Below, piece after piece: positions 35,649 through 45,756 of a DNA stretch of 64,000 nucleotides. The notes under the pieces are model-generated. The model was not told where the DNA came from. It did no database searches and saw nothing but the letters and a program-made list of their open reading frames with translations. Numbering within the stretch: position 1 is the first letter of the stretch; every line of letters starts with the position of its first letter. This stretch comes from Bacteroidales bacterium (GTDB lineage: Bacteria > Bacteroidota > Bacteroidia > Bacteroidales > VadinHA17): positions 129,530 to 193,529 of the forward strand of contig JBBSAP010000001.1 in assembly GCA_038252165.1 (NCBI GenBank). Reading direction: 5' to 3'. A program made the translations under genes and the position numbers.

Positions 35649-36905
35649 ATGCTTTATTATCTTTTTCAATATCTGAATGAACTTAATGTACCAGGGGCAG
35701 GGGTGTTCACTTATATCACATTCAGATCAGCAATGGCAGTAATTACTTCGCTGATAATTTCAATGCTTATAGGTAAACGCATTATAATATTCTTACAGAA
35801 AAAGCAGGTTGGCGAAGTTGTCAGGGATCTCGGGCTGGAAGGCCAGTATCAGAAAAAGGGAACGCCATCAATGGGCGGAATAATCATCATTGCTTCAATA
35901 GTTGTCCCTGTTCTGCTCTTTGCCAGGCTCGATAATATCTATGTCATTCTCATGCTCCTGACAACCCTCTGGCTGGGCTTTATCGGGTTTATGGATGATT
36001 ATATCAAGGTGTTTAAAAAGCACAAAGAAGGACTTGCAGCAAGGTCAAAGATAGCCGGACAGATCATCCTGGGAATCATAGTGGGTGTGACTCTTTTCTT
36101 TAGCAAGGATGTCATATTAATGGAGAAGGTTCCGGTCTCAGAGCTTACTACACGCGAGAGGATAGAGCTTCTTGATCCTCAAAAGCCTTACTATCCTGAT
36201 AACCAGGTTTCGCTTGAGCGCAAATCACTTAAGACAACGATCCCGTTTGTAAAAAACAATGAATTCAACTATTCATGGCTTGTGGCATTCATTCCTGAAA
36301 AATTCCGGCCCGTATTTACATGGCTGGTCTTTGTCCTGATCGTTATCTTCATTGTAATTTCAGTTTCAAATGGTGCAAACCTGACCGACGGGCTCGATGG
36401 TCTGGCGACAGGGACATCAGCAATCATTGGTACCGCACTTGCCATACTGGCATATGTTTCCAGCAACGTCATATATGCCAGCTACCTGAACATAATGTAT
36501 ATTCCGGGCAGTGGTGAACTTGTAATATATGCAAGTGCGATGATCGGTGCGACTTTAGGATTCCTGTGGTACAATTCTTATCCCGCCCAGGTTTTCATGG
36601 GAGATACCGGTAGTCTTGCCCTGGGGGGTATCATAGCAGTATTCGCAATAATTATACGAAAGGAGCTTCTTATTCCCATTCTGTGCGGGATTTTTCTTGT
36701 TGAGAATCTATCAGTAGTGATACAGGTTTCTAATTTCAAGAGAACTAAAAGAAAGTATGGGACCGGGCGCAGGATTTTCCTGATGGCTCCGCTTCATCAT
36801 CATTACCAGAAAAAGGGATTTCCGGAACCGAAAATTGTCACCAGGTTCTGGATAGTGGCAATAATACTTGCTGTGATAAGTATTGTGACTCTTAAGATCA
36901 GATAA
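35649..36905 (+). CDS. mraY: phospho-N-acetylmuramoyl-pentapeptide transferase
   Basis: 418 aa, polytopic, with [10 protein letters not shown] and [12 protein letters not shown] motifs. Confidence 0.95.
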   Translation: MLYYLFQYLNELNVPGAGVFTYITFRSAMAVITSLIISMLIGKRIIIFLQKKQVGEVVRDLGLEGQYQKKGTPSMGGIIIIASIVVPVLLFARLDNIYVILMLLTTLWLGFIGFMDDYIKVFKKHKEGLAARSKIAGQIILGIIVGVTLFFSKDVILMEKVPVSELTTRERIELLDPQKPYYPDNQVSLERKSLKTTIPFVKNNEFNYSWLVAFIPEKFRPVFTWLVFVLIVIFIVISVSNGANLTDGLDGLATGTSAIIGTALAILAYVSSNVIYASYLNIMYIPGSGELVIYASAMIGATLGFLWYNSYPAQVFMGDTGSLALGGIIAVFAIIIRKELLIPILCGIFLVENLSVVIQVSNFKRTKRKYGTGRRIFLMAPLHHHYQKKGFPEPKIVTRFWIVAIILAVISIVTLKIR

Positions 36906-36909
36906 CAGG

Positions 36910-38244
36910 ATGAAGAAAATCGTTATACTCGGAGCAGGCGAAAGCGGGGCAGGTTCAGCAATACTTGCACAGAAGAAGGGCTTTGATGTTTTTGTATCCG
37001 ACAAGGGGGAGGTAAAGCAGAAATACAAGGATATTCTTGACAAGAACAATATAAGGTGGGAGGAAGGGAAGCACACGGAAAAAGAGATTTTCTCAGCTGA
37101 AGAAGTTATTAAAAGCCCTGGTGTGCACGAGGATGCTCCCATTGTCGTTCAGCTTCACGAAAGGGGTATTCCGGTAATATCGGAAATTGAATTTGCAGGC
37201 AGGTACGCTACCGGCATTAAGATTTGTGTAACAGGAAGCAATGGAAAAACAACTGTAACAAATCTTATCTATCACATCCTTAATAAAGCCGGAAAAAATG
37301 CAGTAATGACAGGGAATGTCGGAAACAGCTTCGCCATGGCTGTTGCTGAGGGCGGATATGATTATTATGTAATTGAGCTGAGCAGCTTCCAGCTCGACGG
37401 TATGTATTCATTTAAGGCTGATATCGCTGTTCTGATGAACATAACACCTGACCATCTCGACAGGTACGACCATAACCTTCAGAACTATATAGATTCAAAA
37501 TTCAGGATAACCCAAAACCTTACAAAATCGGAGTTTCTGATTTACTGGGCTGATGATCCGATAATTAAAAGCGAGCTGGCAAAGAAAAGCTACGGGATGA
37601 CCCTTCTTCCTTTTTCTGCAGGCTCAAAGGAAGGAATGGCAGCCTATATCGAAAACAATGAAATAATAATTGATTTTCATACTAAAACCAACCTTATGAC
37701 CATTCATGATCTGGCACTAAAAGGCCGTCACAACATTTTCAACTCCATGGCGGCAGCGATTGCGGGCAAAGTACTGACAATCAGAAAGGATATTATCAGG
37801 GAAAGTCTTTCTGATTTTCAGGGAGTGGAACACCGGTTGGAACCGGTAATCACAGTTTGCGGTATCAACTTTATAAATGATTCGAAGGGAACCAATGTCA
37901 ATTCGACCTGGTATGCTCTTGAATGCATGGAAACAGATGTTGTATGGATAGCCGGAGGGGTAGACAAAGGTAATGACTATTCAGAACTTTACCCTGTCGT
38001 GAGGCAGAAGGTAATAGCAATAGTCTGCCTGGGAAAAGACAACAAAAAGATTGTCGATTCATTTAAGGACATAGTCCCTACGATTGTTGAGACATCATCA
38101 ATGGATGAGGCTGTAAAATCATCTTATTACCTGGCAAAAAAGGGACAGACTGTTCTCTTATCTCCGGCATGTGCAAGCTTTGACCTTTTCAATAATTATG
38201 AGGACCGGGGCCGTCAGTTTAAGCAATCTGTCAGGAATCTGTAA
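36910..38244 (+). CDS. murD: UDP-N-acetylmuramoylalanine--D-glutamate ligase
   Basis: 444 aa. N-terminal Rossmann motif (ILGAGESGAG) and P-loop VTGSNGKTT. Confidence 0.93.
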   Translation: MKKIVILGAGESGAGSAILAQKKGFDVFVSDKGEVKQKYKDILDKNNIRWEEGKHTEKEIFSAEEVIKSPGVHEDAPIVVQLHERGIPVISEIEFAGRYATGIKICVTGSNGKTTVTNLIYHILNKAGKNAVMTGNVGNSFAMAVAEGGYDYYVIELSSFQLDGMYSFKADIAVLMNITPDHLDRYDHNLQNYIDSKFRITQNLTKSEFLIYWADDPIIKSELAKKSYGMTLLPFSAGSKEGMAAYIENNEIIIDFHTKTNLMTIHDLALKGRHNIFNSMAAAIAGKVLTIRKDIIRESLSDFQGVEHRLEPVITVCGINFINDSKGTNVNSTWYALECMETDVVWIAGGVDKGNDYSELYPVVRQKVIAIVCLGKDNKKIVDSFKDIVPTIVETSSMDEAVKSSYYLAKKGQTVLLSPACASFDLFNNYEDRGRQFKQSVRNL

Positions 38245-38255
38245 TTAATTATAAA

Positions 38256-39464
38256 ATGCAGCAGGGCTGGCTTACAAAAACTTTCAAGGGCGACCGGGTC
38301 ATATGGGCACTGGTGGTTGTCTTTATGATCTATTCCCTGCTCGCAGTGTACAGCTCCTCGGTGAGCGTAGCATACCTCAAACACGGAGGCAACACCACTT
38401 TTTTCCTCGGGAGCCAGCTTATCATTCTTGCCATCAGTCTCATAATTATAGTACTCGTGCATTACCTGCCCTACAGGATATACTACAGGCTCGCTGGAAT
38501 AATTCTTCTGTTTGCAATAGGATTGCTGGCTTTAACATTTGTGTTCGGTGTGAGGGTAAACGATGCTGTAAGGGCAATTAACATTCCGGGTGTTGGCAGG
38601 CTTCAGTCCTCTGATGTTGCCAAACTGGCTTTGGTGATATATCTGGCAAGGGTCCTTGGTCAGTTCAAGGATAAGCTGAATGACTTCATGGTAGTGACAA
38701 AGTTCATGATGGTTCCGGTAGTAATTGTCTGCGGACTTATAATGCCTGAAAACCTTTCGACGGCAGTGATGGTTTTTGGGATCAGCATGACAATCATGTT
38801 TATCGGACGGGTTCCTATGAAGTTTTTACTGGCTTATGTCGGAATTGCAGTTGTCGGAATTGTAATATTTGCATCTGTTCTTGTTATGTTTTCGGACGAT
38901 AACAGGGTTGCAACATGGGAAAGAAGGATCAAATCCCACTTTTCAAGCAAAGTGGATGACGATTCCAATTATCAGTCAAACCAGGCAAAAATAGCCATTT
39001 CTACGGGCGGTTTGATTGGAAAGGCTCCGGGGAAGAGTACTCAGAGGAACATGCTCCCCCAGTCAAACTCGGATTTTATTTTTGCAATAATTATTGAAGA
39101 ATACGGACTTTTATTCGGGGCGATCCCATTGATACTTGCCTATATGGTCCTGCTTTTCCGCGGCATAACAATAGTGAAGAAATGCGACGCTGCATTCCCG
39201 GCTTATATGGTTATGGGCCTTATTGTGATGATAACAATACAGGCCATGATAAACATGCTTGTAGCAGTAGGGCTCTTTCCTGTGACGGGACAGACGTTGC
39301 CTATGGTGAGCTGGGGAAGGACCTCTGCACTTGTTATGAGCGTTTCGATAGGAGCGATTCTGAGTGTAAGCAGGGTTGTCAATGCCAGGATTATGAAGGA
39401 AGAACTGCCTGAAGAGGAAAAAACTGATGAAGGAGAAAAGATATATGAACCTGCAAAGGCATAA
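38256..39464 (+). CDS. ftsW: SEDS-family peptidoglycan glycosyltransferase FtsW
   Basis: 402 aa, ~10 TM segments, FtsW/RodA/SpoVE pattern (SDFIFAIIIEEYG). Position in the dcw cluster fits FtsW. Confidence 0.9.
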   Translation: MQQGWLTKTFKGDRVIWALVVVFMIYSLLAVYSSSVSVAYLKHGGNTTFFLGSQLIILAISLIIIVLVHYLPYRIYYRLAGIILLFAIGLLALTFVFGVRVNDAVRAINIPGVGRLQSSDVAKLALVIYLARVLGQFKDKLNDFMVVTKFMMVPVVIVCGLIMPENLSTAVMVFGISMTIMFIGRVPMKFLLAYVGIAVVGIVIFASVLVMFSDDNRVATWERRIKSHFSSKVDDDSNYQSNQAKIAISTGGLIGKAPGKSTQRNMLPQSNSDFIFAIIIEEYGLLFGAIPLILAYMVLLFRGITIVKKCDAAFPAYMVMGLIVMITIQAMINMLVAVGLFPVTGQTLPMVSWGRTSALVMSVSIGAILSVSRVVNARIMKEELPEEEKTDEGEKIYEPAKA

Positions 39465-40557
39465 AAGGGTCATTATAAGCGGCGGAGGTACAGGTGGACA
39501 TGTTTTCCCTGCTATTTCCATAGCCAATGCTTTGCGGAAAATCGATAAGGATATTGAAATTCTCTTTGTGGGGGCTGAGGGAAAAATGGAGATGGACAAG
39601 GTTCCTGCTGCAGGTTATAAAATTGTGGGACTTCCGGTAGCAGGGATCAGCCGGAAGAGTGTTCTGAAGAATTTTTCGGTATTTATAAAACTTATAAAAA
39701 GCCTCAGGCTGGCCAAGAAAACAATCAGTGATTTTAAACCCGATGTTGCGGTAGGAGTGGGCGGATATGCAAGCGGTCCGGTTTTAAAACAGGCGGGACG
39801 AATGGGTATACCAATCCTTATTCAGGAACAGAACGGCTATGCAGGGGTGACCAACAAGCTGCTTGCAAAAAAAGCATCGGTAATCTGTGTGGCATACGAC
39901 GGGATGGATAAATATTTTCCAGCTGAAAAAATAATAAAGACCGGAAATCCGGTACGAAATAGCTTTGATGATCTCGGAAGTCTGAAGGAAGAATCTTTCA
40001 GGTTTTTTGGTTTCACCAATGAGTTGCCGGTTATTCTGATTCTTGGAGGATCGCTAGGAGCTGGCACGATCAACAAATGCCTGTCAGACAATATGGAAGC
40101 TTTGAGAAATTCTGATTGCCAGTGGCTGTGGCAGACAGGCAGATATTATTATGATGATGTCATCAAACTTGTTGCGGGTAAAGCTGGCGGTAAAATTTCA
40201 GTTCATGCATTTATCGACAGGATGGACCTTGCCTTTGCCGCGGCCGGCATAATTATTTCAAGGGCCGGTGCCGGAACAATTTCTGAATTGTGTCTTGTTG
40301 GAAAGCCGGTAATTCTGGTTCCATCTCCAAATGTTGCAGAGGACCACCAGACCAGTAATGCGATGGCACTTGCTGAAAAAGATGCCGCAATAGTAATATC
40401 CAATGCAACAGCGGAAAAGATACTTGTCGGTGAGGCGATTAAGCTGGTTTCTGATATTAAGAAGAAAAAAATACTGTCTGAGAACATAGCAAAAATGGCA
40501 GAACGGGATGCAGATATAAGGATTGCCATGGAAGTGCTTAAACTGATTAAAGTATGA
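39445..40557 (+). CDS. murG: undecaprenyldiphospho-muramoylpentapeptide beta-N-acetylglucosaminyltransferase
   Basis: The ORF is open from 39427. I prefer ATG 39445 (MNLQRHKRVIISGGGTGGHVFPA), but either start is possible. The G-loop motif GGGTGGH is present. Confidence 0.92.
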   Translation: MNLQRHKRVIISGGGTGGHVFPAISIANALRKIDKDIEILFVGAEGKMEMDKVPAAGYKIVGLPVAGISRKSVLKNFSVFIKLIKSLRLAKKTISDFKPDVAVGVGGYASGPVLKQAGRMGIPILIQEQNGYAGVTNKLLAKKASVICVAYDGMDKYFPAEKIIKTGNPVRNSFDDLGSLKEESFRFFGFTNELPVILILGGSLGAGTINKCLSDNMEALRNSDCQWLWQTGRYYYDDVIKLVAGKAGGKISVHAFIDRMDLAFAAAGIIISRAGAGTISELCLVGKPVILVPSPNVAEDHQTSNAMALAEKDAAIVISNATAEKILVGEAIKLVSDIKKKKILSENIAKMAERDADIRIAMEVLKLIKV

Positions 40558-41948
40558 TAGACCTGAAGAACATTGAAGGGATCTATTTTATCGGTATAGG
40601 AGGTATCGGTATGAGCGCTCTTGCCCTTTACTTTGAGCAGGGAGGCTATCTTATTGCAGGCTACGACAGATCGGAATCAGAAATTACAAGATCATTGACG
40701 GAAAAAGGCTGCATCATTTCATATGAGGATACTTTAAAAAGTATTCCTGCACTGTTTGGAGATCCATCAAAGAAAGAGAAGGTAATAGTTGTATATACTC
40801 CGGCCATTCCTTCTGAAAATCATGTTATTTCATTTTTCAGAAAGAACGCATACCGTATATATAAAAGATCGGAAATTCTTGGTGATATTTCATCAGCTGC
40901 CGATACACTGGCTGTCGCAGGGACTCACGGGAAAACAACGGTCTCAACAATGACCGCACATCTTCTGAAGCAGTCGCATGTCGATTGTTCTGCATTTCTA
41001 GGAGGTATTTCGAAGAACTATAATACAAACCTTCTGACAGGTGATGGAAATTATATTGTTATGGAAGCCGATGAATTCGACAGGTCGTTCCATAAGCTTA
41101 GTCCCTTTATGGCAGTGGTTACCTCCGTCGACGCCGATCATCTTGATATTTACGGTGATCATGCGACTATGATAAAGGCTTACAATGAATTCTGTTCCAG
41201 GATAAAAGCAGGGGGCATGCTGTTCGTTAATTACACTATCAGGGATAAGATCTCCATTCCGGCCGGGATAACCGGATATACATATGGATCGAACCAAGGC
41301 TCCGATTACCGGTATTTTGAAGTAACGCATTGCACAGATTACTACAGCTTTAACATCCAGACTCCTGAGGGATTGATCCGGGAACTGCATTTCCCGTTTC
41401 CTGGGATCATAAATATTGAAAATCTTACGGCTGCAATTGCAGTTGCACTGAATTGCGGAGTTACAGAACAGGAAATACGCAAAGCAGTTGTTCTTTTCCA
41501 GGGCGTGAGGAGGAGGTTTGATATCAGGGTCAATCTGCCGGGAATTGCATACATTGACGACTATGCACATCACCCCGAAGAGATAAGGGCATGCATAACA
41601 TCTGTAAGGGAATTTTTTGCCGGAAGAAAAATCACAGGAATATTTCAGCCTCACCTTTATTCAAGAACGCGTGATCATGCTGCTGGTTTTGCAGCAATTC
41701 TGGATGAACTTGATGAGGCAATTCTTCTTCCAATATATCCGGCACGGGAAAAACCGATTCCCGGCATCAGTTCTGAAATGATTTTAGAAATGATGAAATC
41801 TAAGAAGAAGAGGATTATGAAGGCTGAAGAGGTCATTGAAAACCTTGATTCAGAGAAAATTGACGTCCTTATTACGATAGGGGCCGGCGATATAGACAGG
41901 CTTGCAGGTCCTATTGAAGAAAAGCTTAAAAACAGCAGAAGACAATGA
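40554..41948 (+). CDS. murC: UDP-N-acetylmuramate--L-alanine ligase
   Basis: 464 aa with IGIGGIGMSALA and P-loop VAGTHGKTT. ATGA overlap with murG. Confidence 0.93.
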   Translation: MIDLKNIEGIYFIGIGGIGMSALALYFEQGGYLIAGYDRSESEITRSLTEKGCIISYEDTLKSIPALFGDPSKKEKVIVVYTPAIPSENHVISFFRKNAYRIYKRSEILGDISSAADTLAVAGTHGKTTVSTMTAHLLKQSHVDCSAFLGGISKNYNTNLLTGDGNYIVMEADEFDRSFHKLSPFMAVVTSVDADHLDIYGDHATMIKAYNEFCSRIKAGGMLFVNYTIRDKISIPAGITGYTYGSNQGSDYRYFEVTHCTDYYSFNIQTPEGLIRELHFPFPGIINIENLTAAIAVALNCGVTEQEIRKAVVLFQGVRRRFDIRVNLPGIAYIDDYAHHPEEIRACITSVREFFAGRKITGIFQPHLYSRTRDHAAGFAAILDELDEAILLPIYPAREKPIPGISSEMILEMMKSKKKRIMKAEEVIENLDSEKIDVLITIGAGDIDRLAGPIEEKLKNSRRQ

Positions 41949-42721
41949 GCAGGATAGTAAGGATATTATTGCTTATACCAGCTTTATACCTGGTAATAAT
42001 GCCTGTTTACTATTCTCATTGGTACAATTCAAAACCATGTAAAAAGATCGAGATCACTATTATAGATTCATCGGACTATCATTTTGTTACAAAAAGAGAC
42101 ATTCATAATACTATTATAACAAGAAACGGAAATATCATCGGCAAACTTGTGAAGGATATCAAAATGGATGAGATTGAAAATACCATGAGCGCTTACAGGG
42201 AGCTGAAAACTGCTCAGGTCTTCATGTCGATCGACGGTACTCTTCATATAATTGGTGATCAGCGCAATCCTATAATGCGGGTGATTCCCAATAACGGAGG
42301 CGACTATTATGTAGATGACGAGGGAGTTGTAATCAGAAGAAGGAATCTTTATTCACCCCGGCTTCATATTGTCGGAGGGAATATAAATATAAGCCAGGCT
42401 ATGCTTAGCGGGATAAGTGTTCTGGATACCAGTATTAAAAACTCAATCCTGAAGGATATTTATTACCTGGTTAAGTTTATTAACAGGGATGAATTCTGGT
42501 CGGCACAGATTGATCAGATCTTTGTTAACGGCAGTGATGAGATTGACCTTATACCACGAGTGGGGAACCATACTATTCATCTCGGAAGTACGGAGAACTT
42601 TGAAGGAAAACTAAACAACCTTGAAGTGTTTTATGATAAAGTTCTTCCCGAAGTGGGATGGAATAAATATTCAACTATAAATCTGGCTTTTAAGGACCAG
42701 ATCGTTTGCAGGCGGAGATAA
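41945..42721 (+). CDS. ftsQ: cell division protein FtsQ (POTRA domain)
   Basis: 258 aa. An N-terminal TM, then a POTRA-like domain. Its position between murC and ftsA and the ATGA overlap with murC support the call. Confidence 0.75.
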   Translation: MSRIVRILLLIPALYLVIMPVYYSHWYNSKPCKKIEITIIDSSDYHFVTKRDIHNTIITRNGNIIGKLVKDIKMDEIENTMSAYRELKTAQVFMSIDGTLHIIGDQRNPIMRVIPNNGGDYYVDDEGVVIRRRNLYSPRLHIVGGNINISQAMLSGISVLDTSIKNSILKDIYYLVKFINRDEFWSAQIDQIFVNGSDEIDLIPRVGNHTIHLGSTENFEGKLNNLEVFYDKVLPEVGWNKYSTINLAFKDQIVCRRR

Positions 42722-42743
42722 AAAAAAACCGATATTTCAGACT

Positions 42744-44105
42744 ATGAGCAAAAAGGAACAGTATGTAGCAGCGATCGACATTGGAACCACAAAGATTGTG
42801 GCTATTGTCGGCAAAAAGAACGAGAATGGCAAGATAGAAATTCTCGGAATCAGCAAAGCTCCCTCAACGGGTGTCAGAAGAGGAGTTGTACAGAATATAG
42901 AGGAAACGGTAAATGCCATTCAGGCCACAGTTGATGATGTCCAGAAATTATCAGGCATTGTGTTCTCTGAAGTCTTTGTTGGTATTGCGGGTCAGCACAT
43001 AAGAAGCATTAAAACCCGCGGTTCCAAAATGCGCGATAATTTCGATGATGAAATAAAAAAGGAGGAGGTCTTCAGGCTGATAGAGGACATGTACAAGATA
43101 CATGTGGAAATGGGCGAGGAGATAATCCATGTGATCCCTCAGGTATTTATTATCGATAATGAGCCCGGAATAAAGAACCCGATTGGAATATGCGGTCATC
43201 AGCTTGAAGCCAATTTCCACATAGTTATTGGTCGTGTTGCTGCGGCAAAGAACATTGAAAGGTGTATACAGCGAGCCGACCTGAATCTTAAGGATCTTGT
43301 CCTGGAGCCTCTGGCATCGGCTGATTCTGTTCTTACCGACGATGAAAAAGAGGCAGGAGTAGTGCTTGTCGATATTGGAGGCGGAACCACTGACCTGGCC
43401 ATATATTATGATAATATTATCAGGCACACTGCCGTGATCCCGTTCGGTGGGAATGTCATCACTAAGGATATCAAGGAAGGATGTGCCATACTCGAACGGC
43501 ATGCTGAACAGCTTAAGATTCAGTATGGTTCAGCTCTCCGCGACATAGCTCCTGAAGACAAGGTGGTTGCTATTCCGGGAATAAGCGGCCGTAATCCCAA
43601 GGAGATCTCTTTCAGAAGCCTGGCAGGTATCATTCAGTGGAGAATGGAAGAGATAATTGATATTGTAAATTTTGAGATACAGAATTCAGGCTATGCCGAT
43701 AATCTTGCGGCAGGCATGGTTATAACCGGCGGCGGAGCAATGCTTAAGCACCTGTCTCAACTCATGAATTTTAAGACCGCAATGGATGTAAGGATCGGTT
43801 ACCCGAACGAGCATCTGGCAGGCAATGGGCGTGATGAGATCAATCAGCCCATGTACGCTACAGCTGTAGGCCTTATCATCAGAGGGTTCGAACACCTTGA
43901 GATCTACAAGAAAACATTCCAGGCCGGAACCAAAGACGATTATGTCAGGATTAGAAAACCTGTTGTCGAAAAGGTCGAAAATCCGGTTCAGGAAGAAAGG
44001 GAGGATCAAACTGAACCATTACGCAATGACAAAGTGCCTATTACAGAAAAGATCAAACTTATGATCTCAAAAATGTTTGAAGTAGAAGAACAGAATATCA
44101 ACTAG
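42744..44105 (+). CDS. ftsA: cell division protein FtsA
   Basis: 453 aa with actin-fold phosphate motifs AIDIGTTKIV and LVDIGGGTTDLAI. Confidence 0.93.
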   Translation: MSKKEQYVAAIDIGTTKIVAIVGKKNENGKIEILGISKAPSTGVRRGVVQNIEETVNAIQATVDDVQKLSGIVFSEVFVGIAGQHIRSIKTRGSKMRDNFDDEIKKEEVFRLIEDMYKIHVEMGEEIIHVIPQVFIIDNEPGIKNPIGICGHQLEANFHIVIGRVAAAKNIERCIQRADLNLKDLVLEPLASADSVLTDDEKEAGVVLVDIGGGTTDLAIYYDNIIRHTAVIPFGGNVITKDIKEGCAILERHAEQLKIQYGSALRDIAPEDKVVAIPGISGRNPKEISFRSLAGIIQWRMEEIIDIVNFEIQNSGYADNLAAGMVITGGGAMLKHLSQLMNFKTAMDVRIGYPNEHLAGNGRDEINQPMYATAVGLIIRGFEHLEIYKKTFQAGTKDDYVRIRKPVVEKVENPVQEEREDQTEPLRNDKVPITEKIKLMISKMFEVEEQNIN

Positions 44106-44163
44106 GTGCAAATATGGTATCTGTATGAAGGGTCCTGTTCATAAACAATTAAATATTAATACA

Positions 44164-45648
44164 ATGACAGATGATATAATGAGTTTTGACCTGCCGGTCG
44201 AAAGATCATCAATAATAAAAGTCGTCGGAATTGGCGGGGGTGGCAACAACGCTGTAAATAATATGTTTGAAAAAGGCATAAAGGATGTAAACTTTGTGGT
44301 TTGCAATACTGACCATCAGGCACTCACCCGGAGCCCTGTGCCGATAAAAGTGCAGCTTGGAGCATCGATAACGGAAGGACGGGGAGCCGGAAGCAAACCA
44401 GAGGTCGGGCGGCAGGCTGCCATAGAGAATCTGGATGAAGTAATGGATGCCATTTCTGGTAATACAAAGATGGTATTCCTGACAACAGGAATGGGAGGGG
44501 GCACAGGCACCGGTGCAATCCCTGTTATTGCAAAGGCATGCAAGGATGCAGGATTGCTGACAATCGCCGTGGTGACAATCCCGTTCAAGTCAGAAGGAAA
44601 AGTCAGGATCAGTTACGCTATTGAAGGCATCACTCAGCTGAGCGAATTTGTTGATTCCCTTCTTGTAATAAATAATGAAAAGCTGAGGGAGATTCATGGA
44701 GATCAGGGTGTCTCAACTGCATTTGCAAAAGCTGATGATATACTCACCACCGCAGTAAAGGGAATTGCTGAAATTATTACCGTTACCGGATATATTAATG
44801 TAGATTTTGCCGATGTGGAGACGGTAATGAAAGATTCAGGAGTGGCTATCATGGGAATGGGCTCGGCTTCGGGAGAGGAAAGGGCTCTGAAAGCAATAGA
44901 AAATGCACTTTCATCACCCCTGCTGAATTCAAATGATATCACGGGAGCAAAAAGCATACTTGTAAACATTTCCTCGGGTAGCGGATCCAACGAGCTTACC
45001 ATGGATGAACTTGGCCAGATAACTGATTATATGTATGAGAAATCGTCTGAAGATGCCCTTATAATCAGAGGATTATCGCAGGACACAAATCTTGGGGAAA
45101 ATATAAGTGTAACAGTTATTGCCACCGGATTTCCCTCAAACAGTATCCTGACACCTTACAAGAAACCGAAGCCCAGGAAAGTTGAATTGCTTACTCCTGA
45201 AAATCCTGTTCCCTCGCATGTCATTCCGGATAAAGGTGAAGATTCGTTTTCAGTTCACCAGAAATCTTCAAAATCTTTAATATCTGATCTTGACGAAGAG
45301 ACACAGGGCCAGCTTGACTTTGATCTTGAAAGCCTTGGTGAAGTAACAGAGCTCAGAGGAATGAAGCGGCAGGATGATATGGATGGGAAGGAAAATCCCA
45401 AAACTACCCTTCAGAAAGTAAAACATATGCAGAATTTCTTCAAAAAGGAAGGTCTGTCGAGCAAGATCATTAAAGAGAATATTGAAGCTTTTGAGGATGT
45501 TCCGGCTTATGTGAGGAGGAATATGTCAATCGGGCCAAAGGAAAAGGGAAATGACAGCAAGGTATCAAAATTCACTCTTTCAACAGGTAACGACGAAGAC
45601 CCTGTGCTGAGGGAAAATAATGCGTATCTCAACGATAATGTTGATTAG
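44164..45648 (+). CDS. ftsZ: cell division protein FtsZ
   Basis: The ORF is open from 44125; ATG 44164 (MTDDIMSFDL..) is the likelier start. Contains the tubulin signature GMGGGTGTGA. It has the long disordered C-terminal linker usual in Bacteroidota. Confidence 0.95.
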   Translation: MTDDIMSFDLPVERSSIIKVVGIGGGGNNAVNNMFEKGIKDVNFVVCNTDHQALTRSPVPIKVQLGASITEGRGAGSKPEVGRQAAIENLDEVMDAISGNTKMVFLTTGMGGGTGTGAIPVIAKACKDAGLLTIAVVTIPFKSEGKVRISYAIEGITQLSEFVDSLLVINNEKLREIHGDQGVSTAFAKADDILTTAVKGIAEIITVTGYINVDFADVETVMKDSGVAIMGMGSASGEERALKAIENALSSPLLNSNDITGAKSILVNISSGSGSNELTMDELGQITDYMYEKSSEDALIIRGLSQDTNLGENISVTVIATGFPSNSILTPYKKPKPRKVELLTPENPVPSHVIPDKGEDSFSVHQKSSKSLISDLDEETQGQLDFDLESLGEVTELRGMKRQDDMDGKENPKTTLQKVKHMQNFFKKEGLSSKIIKENIEAFEDVPAYVRRNMSIGPKEKGNDSKVSKFTLSTGNDEDPVLRENNAYLNDNVD

Positions 45649-45742
45649 GGATGTAATACTAAATGACCCGGCCACACCACGCACAGCGATTTCCCGTCAA
45701 TCTGTAAGCCTCACGGGGGCATAAAACTAACCGGATTATTTA

Positions 45743-45750
45743 TATATTTG
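45743..45750 (+). promoter_or_regulatory. candidate -7 box directly abutting the porin start codon
   Basis: TATATTTG (perfect TAnnTTTG) ends 6 nt before ATG 45757. Confidence 0.3.
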
Positions 45751-45756
45751 CCTCTG

